Assembly (NCBI GenBank): GCA_039028615.1
Contig: JBCCHT010000005.1
Span: 1 to 64,000 of the forward strand
Length of the DNA: 64,000 bases
Origin: Myxococcota bacterium
GTDB taxonomy: Bacteria > Myxococcota_A > Polyangia > Nannocystales > Nannocystaceae
Direction of reading: 5' to 3'
A program made the translations under genes and the position numbers. Under the pieces are notes generated by a model. It was not told where the DNA came from. It did no database searches and was given only the letters and a program-made list of their open reading frames with translations. Shown in pieces: positions 18,811 to 28,933 of the stretch (position 1 is the first letter of the stretch; each line of letters opens with the position of its first letter).

Positions 18811-21800
18811 TCATCGGGGTCGACTGCAGGTGACGCCGCCGTGCGCGGAGTCCCAGTGCGTGGCGGTGGAGCGGGGGCCCGGCCACATCTGCTTGGCCCA
18901 CTCGGTGAGCTCGAGGACGAGGCAGGGGTCGAAGCCCAGGTTCACCATCCAGGGGATGACCCGATAGATGTGGTCGGCGTGCCGGAACACGGGGGAGGTT
19001 CGGAATTCCTTGTCTGCGGCACCGTCGCCCGTGCCGAGCCCGGCCAGCGGCTGACTGCAGCCCACGCCGATGCACAGAGGCGGGCGAGAGGCCTGCGCAT
19101 CGACGAAGGGGTCGACGAAGGTCACGCGCGTCTCGGGAGGATCGAGCTTCCACCACGAACTGGTCCCGGGAATGCTCGTGTGCCGGGGCCATCCGGTGGG
19201 GTGAAACTTCTGGACGAGCTCCGGGGTGTAGTGCGGGTCTTCAGGCGTCGGTTGTACGACGTCGAGGAACGCGATGAGGAACGCATCGCCCACACGCCTG
19301 CGCAGGCCGTCCATCGCGGGGTCGGTGCGCCCGAGCGTGTCGAGCCCCGCCCATAGCTCGTCTTGTCGCACGTAGCCGCGGTAGCTGCCCACGAGCAGGC
19401 GCGGGCTGATGTCTCGCATCGACCATCCCATGCGCCCGGGTCCGCGCCCGTTGTCTCGCATCTGGTAGGCCTTGGTCAGCGTGGCGAGGTAGCGAAGGCT
19501 CTCCCAGACCTGCGGACCCGAGCCGCGGTCGGCCACCTGGCGGGCGAGGTCGTCGATGTGGATGAGCCCGTAGGGCCAGTCGACGGGCTTGATCGCTTCG
19601 TTCCCGATGCCCTTGGGATTGCGAGCCCCCGCGTGCAACACGGTCTGTAAGTGGTACCAGGCGGTCGAGTCGTAGTCGCCTTTGAGCGAGGTTTGTGCGC
19701 CATGGACCGTGGGGTAGTCGAAGTCCTCGAAGCATCGAGCGACGTCGGCGGGGCAGCCGCGGAGCAAATCGGTGTCCGTCGGGTCGATGCAGTCGCTGTC
19801 GGCGGGGGAGCGGAAGCACCAGCGATCGCGATACAGGGTCGGGGTGCTTGGTGGCGGCAGCGCGAATTCGGTGCGTTGCCACTGAATCTCGGCCTCGAGC
19901 GGTGTCTGGAGGTGGTCACGATCACTCGAAACGATGTGCGGCGCGATGGGGTGCACCGACTGATGGTTGCCGAAGGGCCACGAAAGGGCTTCGCCGTACT
20001 CACCGTAGATCTTGCGACCGAGGTTCTCGAGATGATGCTCCTGGGCGAACTCCCAGTTCTTGGTCCCCAGCCACTGCGCGAGGTTGCGCTTGGTGTAGTC
20101 GGTCGCATAGCCGCGAGCGATGGCGGCATCGAGGCTCCCGCTGCGGAGCGTTCGCCACTCGGTCCCCATGGCCAGCGTGGCTTCACATGCGACCCAGGCT
20201 CGCGCCGCGTCTTCCACATGGCCGATGACCTGGACAATGTCGTCGGCCGCGTACCCATCGGCGAGGTCGTCTCGGACATCGAGGTAGATCCGCTCGGGCG
20301 TCCGCGTGCCGGGGCAGGGGGTAAAGGAGCCGCTCGCCGTCGCGTCGAGATAGTCCTGGCCCCACAGATCGAGCGGGTGCGTCTCCGGTAGCCATGCATT
20401 CCAGTCCGGGAGCTGAATCGCGATGGGAACCTGCCGCAGGTTGCTGGTGCTCGAGGGCAGGCCCTCGCCGCGGAGCTGAGAGGCGATGATCGCCGCGTCG
20501 CCCCAGCCGCGGGGAAAGAGCGCGTCGAGGATCGTGTGGGCATGCGGGGCTTCGTCGTCGAGGACGGCATCGATGCCCGCCCCCGCAGCCCAGCGTGCGA
20601 CGGCATCGGGTCGGGTGTCGAGCTCCGGTCCGGGCTGATAGGGCGGGTTCCATGGCCGCCCGTGGCGCTCGGCGGGGTGCAGGCGCACCCATGAGGCGAT
20701 CTGCTCGCCTTGCTCTTCGCTCAGCCCGTGGAACACGGCGCGGTTGATGATCGACTCGTTCGAATACGCGAAGTACTCGAGGTCGCGGCCGTCGTGGGCG
20801 TGGCAGTCCGCGCACGAGGCCTCGAGTCGATTGGCGTTGGTGGGGCTCATCGCGAGCAGGCGGCGCTCGGCGAAGAGCCGACCGCCCTCGTCGACGTCGG
20901 CCGAGTCGTACGACGGGGCGGCCCACGTCGCCGGGTCTTCGTGGACGAACGCGGTCTCCGGCAGGATGTCGGTGCCGGCCGCGTCGCGTAGGTTGAAGTC
21001 GACGATGCGATAGCCCGAGGTGACGCCATCGGTGCCCTCGAAGCGAAACCGGATGACGTTGGTGCCCGCAGTCAGGCATCGGCGACCGAGGGCCTGCAGG
21101 GGGATGGACAGCCGCACCGTCCGAAAGCCGCCGCCGATGCCTCCGTACTGCCGCTCGGGCGTGAAAATCTCGATGTCCGCGTCGTCGTTGCGCAGCACCT
21201 TGAAGTCGCACGAGCCGAGCGCGACCGCGGCCTTGCCGTCCTTGACCGGGGCACCTGCGACCTCGTGGCCATCGCGGTAGCCCAGGCGGTGACCTTGCAG
21301 ATACAGACGGCCGCCCGCGGTCCGGGTCAGCGCGGCGCGGTCGAGACGAAAGCTTCGCTCGGCCACGTACTGGCCGCTCGTGAAATCGCCGAGCTCCTTG
21401 GGCATCACGCGGACGGGAAGCACCATCGGGCAGTCCATGGCTTCGTCGCCGCAATGCCCGAACAGCGGATCGACCGCGGTACGGATGCTCTGCTCGACCG
21501 CCGCCAGCTCCTGGTAGGCGTTCCCGGCCCGGCCCGTGTGCTGCGTGCAGTCGGTGGTGGGAGTCTGTTCGACCGTGCAGGTCGAACCGCCTTCGGGGCG
21601 ATGGCCGGGCAGGCGATAGAGAGCTTCGGTGCGCTGGGTGGTGGTCGTGACCGCCCCCGGACCCGGCACGGCCTGCTTCGTCACGTCGACGTGCAGCTTC
21701 CACCCCGCGTTGCGGATCGTGCGGCCGTGGGTGTGTCGGTTGGGGTCCTCCGAAGGCAGGCCGGGGGCCTTGTACAGTTCGGACACCACGTGGGTGCGCG

Positions 21801-23451
21801 CGTGGTCCTGCGAATCCACCAGCGTCGGCACGAAGGAGCGGGAGTCGAGGCCCAGGCGCTGCCGCTCTGGCTCGGTGAAGGGGGCACCCGCCAGCTCGGC
21901 CATCGTGGCGAAGAGGTCGGCCGCGCTCACGAGCGCCCTCGTTTGCCCGCCCCGAGCACTGGTCTCGATGAGCGGGCTGCGAACCACGAAGGGCACATGA
22001 ATGCCGCCCTCCTTCAGCGTGCCCTTGACGATGTTGCCCTGGCCGAGGTCGTCGGCGGGTTTGTCGGGGGTGCCGTTGTCACCGATGAACACCACGGTGG
22101 TCCGGGCCGCCATCTTGGGGTCCGCGTCGAGGGTGTCGAGGATGCGCCCCATCTCGTGGTCCAGCGCCTCGACCATGGCGTTGTAGCGGCCGCTCTTGGG
22201 GGAGCAGTCGGCGTCCACACAGATGCTGGGGTCGTTGCACTGGCAGGTGTCTCGGGTGTGTTGCCACAGCCGGTTGGGCGGATTCACGTAGGGCGCATGC
22301 GGGGCGTTGAAGGCCACGTACATCAGCCACGGTCGGGCGGGGTCGCGGGCGAAGTGCTGGAGTCGCTCGATGGCATCGTAGGCATGAACCTCGGTGGTGT
22401 ACCGGGTCTCGTTGGTCTCGTTGAGCGCCTGCCCGGTGGGGGACTCCAGCTTGGGCCCCCAGTACTTCATCCAGTCGAAGTAGCTGGCGTCGCCCGCCGC
22501 GTTCTTCGGCCCGGTCAGCGTCCCGGCAAACCAGTTCCAGCCGTGCACCTGCGTGGGGTTGTCGTGAAAGTTGATGTCGCCATCGGCACTCAGCCCGAGC
22601 GCGACCATCTGTGGCCCCCTGAGCTTGTTGGAGCCCAGGTGCCACTTGCCGATGGCGGCGTGGTCGTAGGCGTCATTCGTGCGCTGATCGAGCATCTCGG
22701 GCAGCGTGGTCTCCTCGGGGCGCAGATAGGCGACGCCGATCTGATCCAGGGCCGTGCCCACGCCGGTCCGCCACGGCAGACGACCGGTCTGCAGCATCGA
22801 GCGGGTGGGCGAGCAGTTCGGCGCCGCGTAGGCGCGGGTGAACACCAGGCCATCGGCGGCCATCGCATCCAGGCGCGGGGTATGGGCCTCGATGCCCGCG
22901 GGCAACGGGTTGTACAGCCCGATGCGATCGATCCCCAGGTCGTCAGCCACGAACACGATCACGTTGTGCGGCAGGGCCACCGTGCGGGTGACTCGAGGGG
23001 CCACGGCACCCGAGGTCGTGTCCCGGGCATCGAACGAGATGTCCTGCCCCGGCCGGATCGAGCCGGGCACGGGCGTGCGCAGGTTCGTGGCCCCGGAATC
23101 GTCGACGCGGACGCAGCCGAGCTGGAGGGGGTGAGCGGGTGGCTGGCGGCGCGAGAAGCAGATCTCGTGGCCGGGGGTCGAGCCTTCCGTGCGCAGGACG
23201 ACGGTGCCCCCTTGGACGGCCAGGCTGGCGTCGAGCTCGAGTCCTGCACCGGGCGCTGCGCTCGAGCCATCGGGCGCATCGCGAACGGGGGCGGAGGTCG
23301 CGTCGGCCTGCGGCGCCGCGTCGGAGGCGGTTCGCTGCGGCTCCGGTTGGCCACACGCGAGCAGCCACGCACACAGCAGGCTCCCCGCCGTTCGTGGCAG
23401 CAGCCGTCGTCGCGGTCGAGCAGAGGGTCCGTGGGGGCGGAGACCGTCCAT
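18811..23451 (-). CDS. Large lipoprotein: formylglycine-type sulfatase domain plus C-terminal CxxCH (heme c) region (start 23451 or 23541)
   Basis: LLAC lipobox; NVIVFVADDLG, CSPTRSMLQTGR, GKWHLG and GDNG sulfatase motifs; CADCH at ~20800-20814. Confidence 0.8.
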   Translation of the reverse strand: MDGLRPHGPSARPRRRLLPRTAGSLLCAWLLACGQPEPQRTASDAAPQADATSAPVRDAPDGSSAAPGAGLELDASLAVQGGTVVLRTEGSTPGHEICFSRRQPPAHPLQLGCVRVDDSGATNLRTPVPGSIRPGQDISFDARDTTSGAVAPRVTRTVALPHNVIVFVADDLGIDRIGLYNPLPAGIEAHTPRLDAMAADGLVFTRAYAAPNCSPTRSMLQTGRLPWRTGVGTALDQIGVAYLRPEETTLPEMLDQRTNDAYDHAAIGKWHLGSNKLRGPQMVALGLSADGDINFHDNPTQVHGWNWFAGTLTGPKNAAGDASYFDWMKYWGPKLESPTGQALNETNETRYTTEVHAYDAIERLQHFARDPARPWLMYVAFNAPHAPYVNPPNRLWQHTRDTCQCNDPSICVDADCSPKSGRYNAMVEALDHEMGRILDTLDADPKMAARTTVVFIGDNGTPDKPADDLGQGNIVKGTLKEGGIHVPFVVRSPLIETSARGGQTRALVSAADLFATMAELAGAPFTEPERQRLGLDSRSFVPTLVDSQDHARTHVVSELYKAPGLPSEDPNRHTHGRTIRNAGWKLHVDVTKQAVPGPGAVTTTTQRTEALYRLPGHRPEGGSTCTVEQTPTTDCTQHTGRAGNAYQELAAVEQSIRTAVDPLFGHCGDEAMDCPMVLPVRVMPKELGDFTSGQYVAERSFRLDRAALTRTAGGRLYLQGHRLGYRDGHEVAGAPVKDGKAAVALGSCDFKVLRNDDADIEIFTPERQYGGIGGGFRTVRLSIPLQALGRRCLTAGTNVIRFRFEGTDGVTSGYRIVDFNLRDAAGTDILPETAFVHEDPATWAAPSYDSADVDEGGRLFAERRLLAMSPTNANRLEASCADCHAHDGRDLEYFAYSNESIINRAVFHGLSEEQGEQIASWVRLHPAERHGRPWNPPYQPGPELDTRPDAVARWAAGAGIDAVLDDEAPHAHTILDALFPRGWGDAAIIASQLRGEGLPSSTSNLRQVPIAIQLPDWNAWLPETHPLDLWGQDYLDATASGSFTPCPGTRTPERIYLDVRDDLADGYAADDIVQVIGHVEDAARAWVACEATLAMGTEWRTLRSGSLDAAIARGYATDYTKRNLAQWLGTKNWEFAQEHHLENLGRKIYGEYGEALSWPFGNHQSVHPIAPHIVSSDRDHLQTPLEAEIQWQRTEFALPPPSTPTLYRDRWCFRSPADSDCIDPTDTDLLRGCPADVARCFEDFDYPTVHGAQTSLKGDYDSTAWYHLQTVLHAGARNPKGIGNEAIKPVDWPYGLIHIDDLARQVADRGSGPQVWESLRYLATLTKAYQMRDNGRGPGRMGWSMRDISPRLLVGSYRGYVRQDELWAGLDTLGRTDPAMDGLRRRVGDAFLIAFLDVVQPTPEDPHYTPELVQKFHPTGWPRHTSIPGTSSWWKLDPPETRVTFVDPFVDAQASRPPLCIGVGCSQPLAGLGTGDGAADKEFRTSPVFRHADHIYRVIPWMVNLGFDPCLVLELTEWAKQMWPGPRSTATHWDSAHGGVTCSRPR

Positions 23452-23700
23452 CACGCCATGATCGGGCCGGCCCACGCGACTTCCAACGCACGGTTTTGGG
23501 CCATCCGGTGGATCGGTCCCGTGGAGCCAAGCAAACGTCATTCGTGACAAATTCTGCGGAAAACGCCCGCTTCGAGCCCGGCGCCGCGCCGGGGTGCCGG
23601 GGCGCAGTCGGGCCGTCAGGGCCGGGTTCAGGCCCCTGTCGCCGGCCCGTCCCCCTGCGCTTGCCCCCCGGCCGGCCGCGTTGTTATCTGAGTCCCACGC

Positions 23701-24681
23701 ATGCGACGTCTGCTCTTGATCGGCGCTTTGATGGCATCTTCGGTCGTTCCCGCGGCGACCGTGGCGGCGGCGCCCGGCCGGGGCCGAGTCACCCTCGATC
23801 GGGTGGTGGCCGTGGTCGGCGAGCAGATCATCTTGCAGGGCGAGCTCGACCGGCAGACGCAGCGCCACCCGCTGCTGGCCGAGGCGATGTCGCAGCTGCC
23901 GGCCAACGCGAGCCCCCAGCTCATCGCGCAGAAGCGGCGCGACGTCGAAGCAAAGGTGCTCGACGAGCTCATCGACCTCGAGCTTCTGCGGGCCGAGGGG
24001 CGCCGCTTCGAGATGCGGGTGACCGAGACCGACATCGACCAGGCGCTGCCCAACGTCGCGGCGCAGTACGGCCTCACCGTGGCCGAGCTCAAGGCCCAGG
24101 TGGAAGCGAGTGAAGAGTACGCCAGCTGGGCCGAGTACCGCGCCGACCTCCGCGATCAGATCATCCAGTATCGCGTGGCGCAGATGCTCGCCACCTGGTC
24201 GGTGAGCGACGCCCAGGTCCGCGAGCACTATCGCAAGATGACCCGGGACGAGAGTGCCAAGGTACGGGTGCACCAGTTCACGTTCTCGGCCAACTCCCAG
24301 GCGAGCGAAGATCGCGATCGGGCGTTTGCGCGAGCGCAGGTCGTGGCCCGGCGCCTACGCCAGGGCGAGGACGCGGCCACCGTGGCCGAGGCGCTCGGCT
24401 ACGACCGCGAGACCGAGAGCACCATCGGCCGGGGAGACATCGCGCCGAGCCTGGAGAACTCGATCTTCGCGGGCAAGCCGGGACAGATCATCGGTCCCAC
24501 CGCGTCGGGCCAGGGCTACGTGGTCTTCAAGGTCATCGAGCAGCTGGCCTCGGCCGCCCTGTCCTTCGAGGAAGCCAAAGATCGGATCCGCGACCAGCTC
24601 GAGGCCGAGGCCTTCTACAAGGCCGAGCTCGAGCTCCGGCGGCAGCTGCGAGCCAAGGCGCACATCGACATCCGGCTCTAG
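23701..24681 (+). CDS. surA: SurA-like periplasmic chaperone/PPIase
   Basis: Signal peptide; LDRVVAVVGEQII SurA N-terminal motif; rotamase-like C-terminus ending LRAKAHIDIRL. Confidence 0.75.
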   Translation: MRRLLLIGALMASSVVPAATVAAAPGRGRVTLDRVVAVVGEQIILQGELDRQTQRHPLLAEAMSQLPANASPQLIAQKRRDVEAKVLDELIDLELLRAEGRRFEMRVTETDIDQALPNVAAQYGLTVAELKAQVEASEEYASWAEYRADLRDQIIQYRVAQMLATWSVSDAQVREHYRKMTRDESAKVRVHQFTFSANSQASEDRDRAFARAQVVARRLRQGEDAATVAEALGYDRETESTIGRGDIAPSLENSIFAGKPGQIIGPTASGQGYVVFKVIEQLASAALSFEEAKDRIRDQLEAEAFYKAELELRRQLRAKAHIDIRL

Positions 24682-24817
24682 GCTCCTCGGAGCGCGCGAG
24701 GGCATCGCGGGACAATCGCTGGAAACGACCTCGGAGCGCCCGTCTGCGGGACTTTGCTTGAAAGCGGGTCCGACCGAGGCAACACTGAGAGGGGAGCGTA
24801 GGGCTCCACGTTTCGAT

Positions 24818-26479
24818 ATGCGATCCCTGGTCCAACGGGGCCGTGTCCTCAGCGGGATACTGGCGTTGGGGGCGTTCGCGGCGTGTTGGGTGTCCGAGCA
24901 CACCCCACCTCGGCCGCTGTCGCCCCCCATCGTCGACGCGCCCGTGCTGGCGTCGGCTCCGGCCATGCTCAGCGTGCCCGACGACGCCCGGCCGCTCACG
25001 CCCGCGCAGCAGCTCGAGCAGCGCTTGGCCGCCTTGTCGCGCGACCTCGAGCGGCGCCAGGCTGAGCACCCGGCCGGGCTGACCGAGTTCGATGTCGAGG
25101 GTCTCAACGCGTCGCTGACCGAGATGCTCCAGCGCTACGAGGACCGGGCGAGCCTGTCGGTGCACGTCCGCGACCTCGAGACGGGGCACGTGCTGTTCGA
25201 CTACTTCGGGGACTCGCCGCTCATCCCCGCGAGCAACCAGAAGATCGTGACCTCGGCCGCAGCCTTCGACCTGCTCGGCTCGGACTACGTGTTCGACACC
25301 CGGGTCGCCCGCGACGGCCCCACGCTGTATCTGGTGGGGGAGGGCGATCCCCTGCTGCAGGTCGATGATCTCGCCGCGATCGCGGTGCTCACCGCCCAGC
25401 ACGTCGACGTCGCCGAGATCGAGCAGCTGGTCATCGACGACTCCGCCTTCTCCAGCCGCCGCTTCGGCCCCGGCTACGACGCCGACGGCCCCGGGCACTC
25501 CTACCAGGCGCCGAGCGGGGCGCTGTCGCTGGCCTTCAACACGCTCGAGATCACCGTCTATCCGCTGGCTCGCAGCTCCCGGCTGGCGGTGTCCGTGTAT
25601 CCGCCCAGCGCTCACGTCGAGATCGAAAACCGCGGGCGCACGGGCAGCAAGAACACGCTGCGGGTGCAGACCGAGGCGCGCGGCGATCAGACGGTGGTGC
25701 GCATCGACGGTCGACTGCCGCGCAACCACGGCGCGGCGATGGTACGCCGCCGGGTCACCGATCCGGGTTTGTATACCGGGACCGCGTTCTCCGATCTGCT
25801 GGCCGAGCTGACGGCCACCAAGCCCTTGCCGGTCAGCCGCGGCGTGGTGCCGGGCGATGCCGAGACGCTGGTGGTCAACGAGTCGCTGCCGCTGTTCGAG
25901 GTGCTCGACAGCGGCCTGGCCTACTCGAACAACTTCATCGCCGAGCAGACCCTGCGGACCCTGGCCTGGCGCATGACGGGCGATCCGGGCAACTGGGACG
26001 CGGGCCAGCAGATCCTCCACGACTACTGGGCGGCGCTCACGGGGCCCCAGCCCGCGGTGGTCGAGAACGCGTCGGGGCTCAGTCGGCAAGGACGGCTGAC
26101 CACGCACGGCCTCGTCGACCTCATCGCCATGGCGCATCGCAGCGCGCCCGCAGGAGGCAGCCTCATCGATGCGCTGCCGGTCGCGGGGGAGCCGGGCACG
26201 CTTCGTAGCCGCTTGCGCTTGTCGGGCAAGCGCGTCCGCGCCAAGACGGGCACCCTCGATCGCGTCAGCGGCCTGTCCGGGGTCATCACGTCCGAGGGGG
26301 GAGACCCTCTGCTCGGCTTCAGCATCCTGACCAACGTCGAGCCCGATGCCACCTTCGTCGCGGACACCCGGCGTGCGCTCGAGGACCGCATCGTCACCGA
26401 GGTCCTGCGCGTGCTCGACGACTACGAGGCGCAACGGGTCGGCGTCCAGCCGCCGCGCGGAGCCGTGCTCGAGGGCTGA
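24818..26479 (+). CDS. dacB: D-alanyl-D-alanine carboxypeptidase/endopeptidase (PBP4, peptidase S13)
   Basis: PASNQK (SxxK), SNN (SxN), AKTGTL (KTG), GEGDP and ASGLSR. Confidence 0.9.
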   Translation: MRSLVQRGRVLSGILALGAFAACWVSEHTPPRPLSPPIVDAPVLASAPAMLSVPDDARPLTPAQQLEQRLAALSRDLERRQAEHPAGLTEFDVEGLNASLTEMLQRYEDRASLSVHVRDLETGHVLFDYFGDSPLIPASNQKIVTSAAAFDLLGSDYVFDTRVARDGPTLYLVGEGDPLLQVDDLAAIAVLTAQHVDVAEIEQLVIDDSAFSSRRFGPGYDADGPGHSYQAPSGALSLAFNTLEITVYPLARSSRLAVSVYPPSAHVEIENRGRTGSKNTLRVQTEARGDQTVVRIDGRLPRNHGAAMVRRRVTDPGLYTGTAFSDLLAELTATKPLPVSRGVVPGDAETLVVNESLPLFEVLDSGLAYSNNFIAEQTLRTLAWRMTGDPGNWDAGQQILHDYWAALTGPQPAVVENASGLSRQGRLTTHGLVDLIAMAHRSAPAGGSLIDALPVAGEPGTLRSRLRLSGKRVRAKTGTLDRVSGLSGVITSEGGDPLLGFSILTNVEPDATFVADTRRALEDRIVTEVLRVLDDYEAQRVGVQPPRGAVLEG

Positions 26480-26501
26480 AAACCCGCCGTCGCCCCAACG
26501 A

Positions 26502-26554
26502 AACGAAGGACCCTCGACCGACCCCGTGCGGGGTACCGTCGAGCGCCCTTCGTT
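26502..26554. terminator. Nested stem-loop between convergent dacB and RRM genes
   Basis: Outer stem AACGAAGG...CCTTCGTT; inner CTCGAC/GTCGAG and ACCCCG/CGGGGT stems. Confidence 0.5.
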
Positions 26555-26612
26555 GCTCGAGTGCGTGTCGGCAAGCCCACCTCAGGAGGCGGGCTCGCTC
26601 GCAGCGGGTCGC

Positions 26613-27026
26613 TTAGTAGCGGCCGCCACCGTAGCCGCCGCCGCCGCCACGACCACCGCGGCCTCCACCGCCGCCGCCACCGTAGCCACCGCGGCCTCCA
26701 CCGCCGCCGCCACCGTAGCCACCACCGCCGCCACGGCCTCCACCGCCGCCGCCACGGCCGCCACCGCCGCCGCCGCGACCACGATCATTGGCCTCGTTGA
26801 CGCGAATGGCTCGTCCGTCGAGCTCCTTCCCGTCCATCTCCTTCATCGCGGCCTGCGCTGCCTCGGGGCTGTCCATGGTCACGAAACCAAAGCCGCGGGA
26901 ACGTCCGGTATCACGATCCAGGATCACCTTCGCGTCGGTCACGGGACCGAATTCCTCGAATGCGCTGCGAAGGCTATCGTCAGTGGTGTCCCAGCTCAGA
27001 CCGCCCACAAAGAGTTTGTTCGACAT
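26613..27026 (-). CDS. RRM RNA-binding protein with glycine-rich RGG/YGG tail
   Basis: RNP2 KLFVGGL and RNP1 RGFGFVTM; alternative GTG start at 27035. Confidence 0.95.
   Translation of the reverse strand: MSNKLFVGGLSWDTTDDSLRSAFEEFGPVTDAKVILDRDTGRSRGFGFVTMDSPEAAQAAMKEMDGKELDGRAIRVNEANDRGRGGGGGGRGGGGGGRGGGGGYGGGGGGGRGGYGGGGGGGRGGRGGGGGYGGGRY
26653..26718 (-). repeat. Exact 33-bp tandem duplication in the RRM tail (YGGGGGGGRGG x2)
   Basis: CCACCGCGGCCTCCACCGCCGCCGCCACCGTAG occurs at 26653 and 26686. Confidence 0.85.
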
Positions 27027-27859
27027 ATCGCTCACTTCTCATTCGACGGCGGCCACGGTCGTCCGTGTACCCCGTCTTCTCGTTTTCATTTCGTCGTCCA
27101 CTCGGCTCTCCGTGCCGTCGTCGCGCGTTGGGTGCTTCCCGGTTGGCTGGGAAACTTGGTGACGAGTGCCGGCGGCCACCGTCCGGGCGGTTTGGAGGTC
27201 ATACATGTAAACGGCAAAGAGCGCATCTGATAAAGTTGTGACCAGGCTCACTAGTGACAGGCGGCGACAAACGGCCCGCAGAGGCCGATTGGAGGGCCTT
27301 TTCGAGCTCGGAGCGGTTCGCGGGCTGGGCCTGCCTGGCGTGGAGGGGTTGTCTCGTCGGCCGAGGTCCCGGGGTCGCGCCGACACGGTTGGGCGGAACG
27401 AACAGGACGGGTCCGGCAATGATGCGCGACTGCGAGCGATCGGGAGTTCGCGCTGCGTCGCCAGGACCGAGATCGGGCACCCACCCGGTGGCGGTGAAGG
27501 CCAGGGTCGGTCGGCGGCGCGTCGGCGATGGTCGACCGGTCGAGGTAGGGTCCGCGCCAGGGCGCTCGAGCGTGGACGGAGCCACGGCGACAGGTGGTTC
27601 GGGCCGCGTCGATGCGCTCCCACGTCCGCGCTCCTTCGACCCTCGCGGGCTGAGGGCAACGCCGAGACGACGGCCTCGGTTCAACCGAACACGGTGCGCC
27701 CCCAAAGCGCGCTCGTCCACGGCTTCGAACTCCGCGTGGGCGCATGCCTCGGGAGCAACGAAGTCCCCGAACGCGGCCCTTCGCCGTCGACGTGGGCGCC
27801 ATCATCGCGTGGTTGTGCGGCGAAAAATCACGCCGTCGTCGAGCCCTTTGGGATGAAAG

Positions 27860-28927
27860 GTGTTAGCGCCATCGCGTGGGGTCGTTGCCCCCGTGACCGT
27901 GCTACGTTCCACCGCGTTGACTCTTCGCTACGGGGCACTGGGGGCTGGCCTGCTGGTGGTGGGCTGTGCGAGCGAACCGTCGCCGAACCCGGCGCAAACC
28001 GGGTCTACGGGGGACACGGACGCAATTGCGTCGTCGTCCGACGGCGCCGAAGAGACGCTCGACCCCGGAATCCAGCCGCCCAGCGAGCGCCTCGACGTGC
28101 CCCAGGACGACGAAGAGCTCGGCTGTCGCAAGATCGACTTCCTGTTCGTCATCGACGACTCGCACTCGATGGCCGACGAGCAGCAGCTGCTCATCGACGG
28201 CTTCCCCGGCTTCATGGAGGAGATCCGCGAGACCATCGTGGACTTCGACTTTCACGTGATGGTGGTGGGCACGGGCGCGCAGGAGATGTCGTTCGACCCC
28301 TGCGAAAACCGCCTGGGCGCAGGGCGGGTGCGCTCGGCCGAAGGCGAAGACTGCGGCTTGCTCGAGGACTTCCTCAACGGGCAGCGCTACCTCGACGACA
28401 GCCACGAGGACCTGGCGGGTGCGTTCAGCTGCATCGCCGACCTCGGCACCGACGGCGGCGGCGACGAGAAGATCGCCTGGGCCATGGCCGACGCCATCAG
28501 CCGCCGGATCCACCCCGGTGAGTGCAACGAGGGCTTCCTTCGCGATGATGCGATCTTGGTGATCACCATCATTACCGACGAAGAGGACAACCCCCACGAT
28601 GGGCCGCCCATCGGCGACTTCGACAACAACTCGCCGGGCCACCCCGAGCTGTGGGTCAACGGTGTCCTCGAGGCCAAGCACGGCGACGACGAAGCGGTGG
28701 TCATGCTGGCGCTCATCGGTGACAGCGAGTTCAGCGACGGCGTCTGTGCGCCCTACCAGTACCCGGATGGAGACGGGGCCGAGCCCGCGCCGCGGATCCG
28801 CCAGATGGTCGAGTCCTTTCCCTACGGCTCGTGGTCTTCGGTGTGCCAGTCGGACTACGCCGGCTTCTTCAACCAAGCGGTGGGCGACATCGATGCCGCG
28901 TGCGGCGGTTTCCAGCCTCCGGGCTAG
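27860..28927 (+). CDS. vWA-like (MIDAS DxSxS) lipoprotein of a myxobacterial paralog family
   Basis: LVVGC lipobox; CRKIDFLFVIDDSHSM; NEGFLRDDAILVITIITDEED. Confidence 0.8.
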   Translation: MLAPSRGVVAPVTVLRSTALTLRYGALGAGLLVVGCASEPSPNPAQTGSTGDTDAIASSSDGAEETLDPGIQPPSERLDVPQDDEELGCRKIDFLFVIDDSHSMADEQQLLIDGFPGFMEEIRETIVDFDFHVMVVGTGAQEMSFDPCENRLGAGRVRSAEGEDCGLLEDFLNGQRYLDDSHEDLAGAFSCIADLGTDGGGDEKIAWAMADAISRRIHPGECNEGFLRDDAILVITIITDEEDNPHDGPPIGDFDNNSPGHPELWVNGVLEAKHGDDEAVVMLALIGDSEFSDGVCAPYQYPDGDGAEPAPRIRQMVESFPYGSWSSVCQSDYAGFFNQAVGDIDAACGGFQPPG

Positions 28928-28933
28928 GGCGAC

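Noticed and set aside
23452..24273. N-terminal extension making the sulfatase ORF 1820 aa
   Set aside because: It overlaps the surA-like gene on the opposite strand; the lipoprotein signal supports a start at 23451 or 23541.
27260..27859. Several Arg/Pro-rich ORFs in the gap between the RRM and vWA-like genes
   Set aside because: Composition is typical of non-coding frames; no motif or convincing RNA structure was seen.
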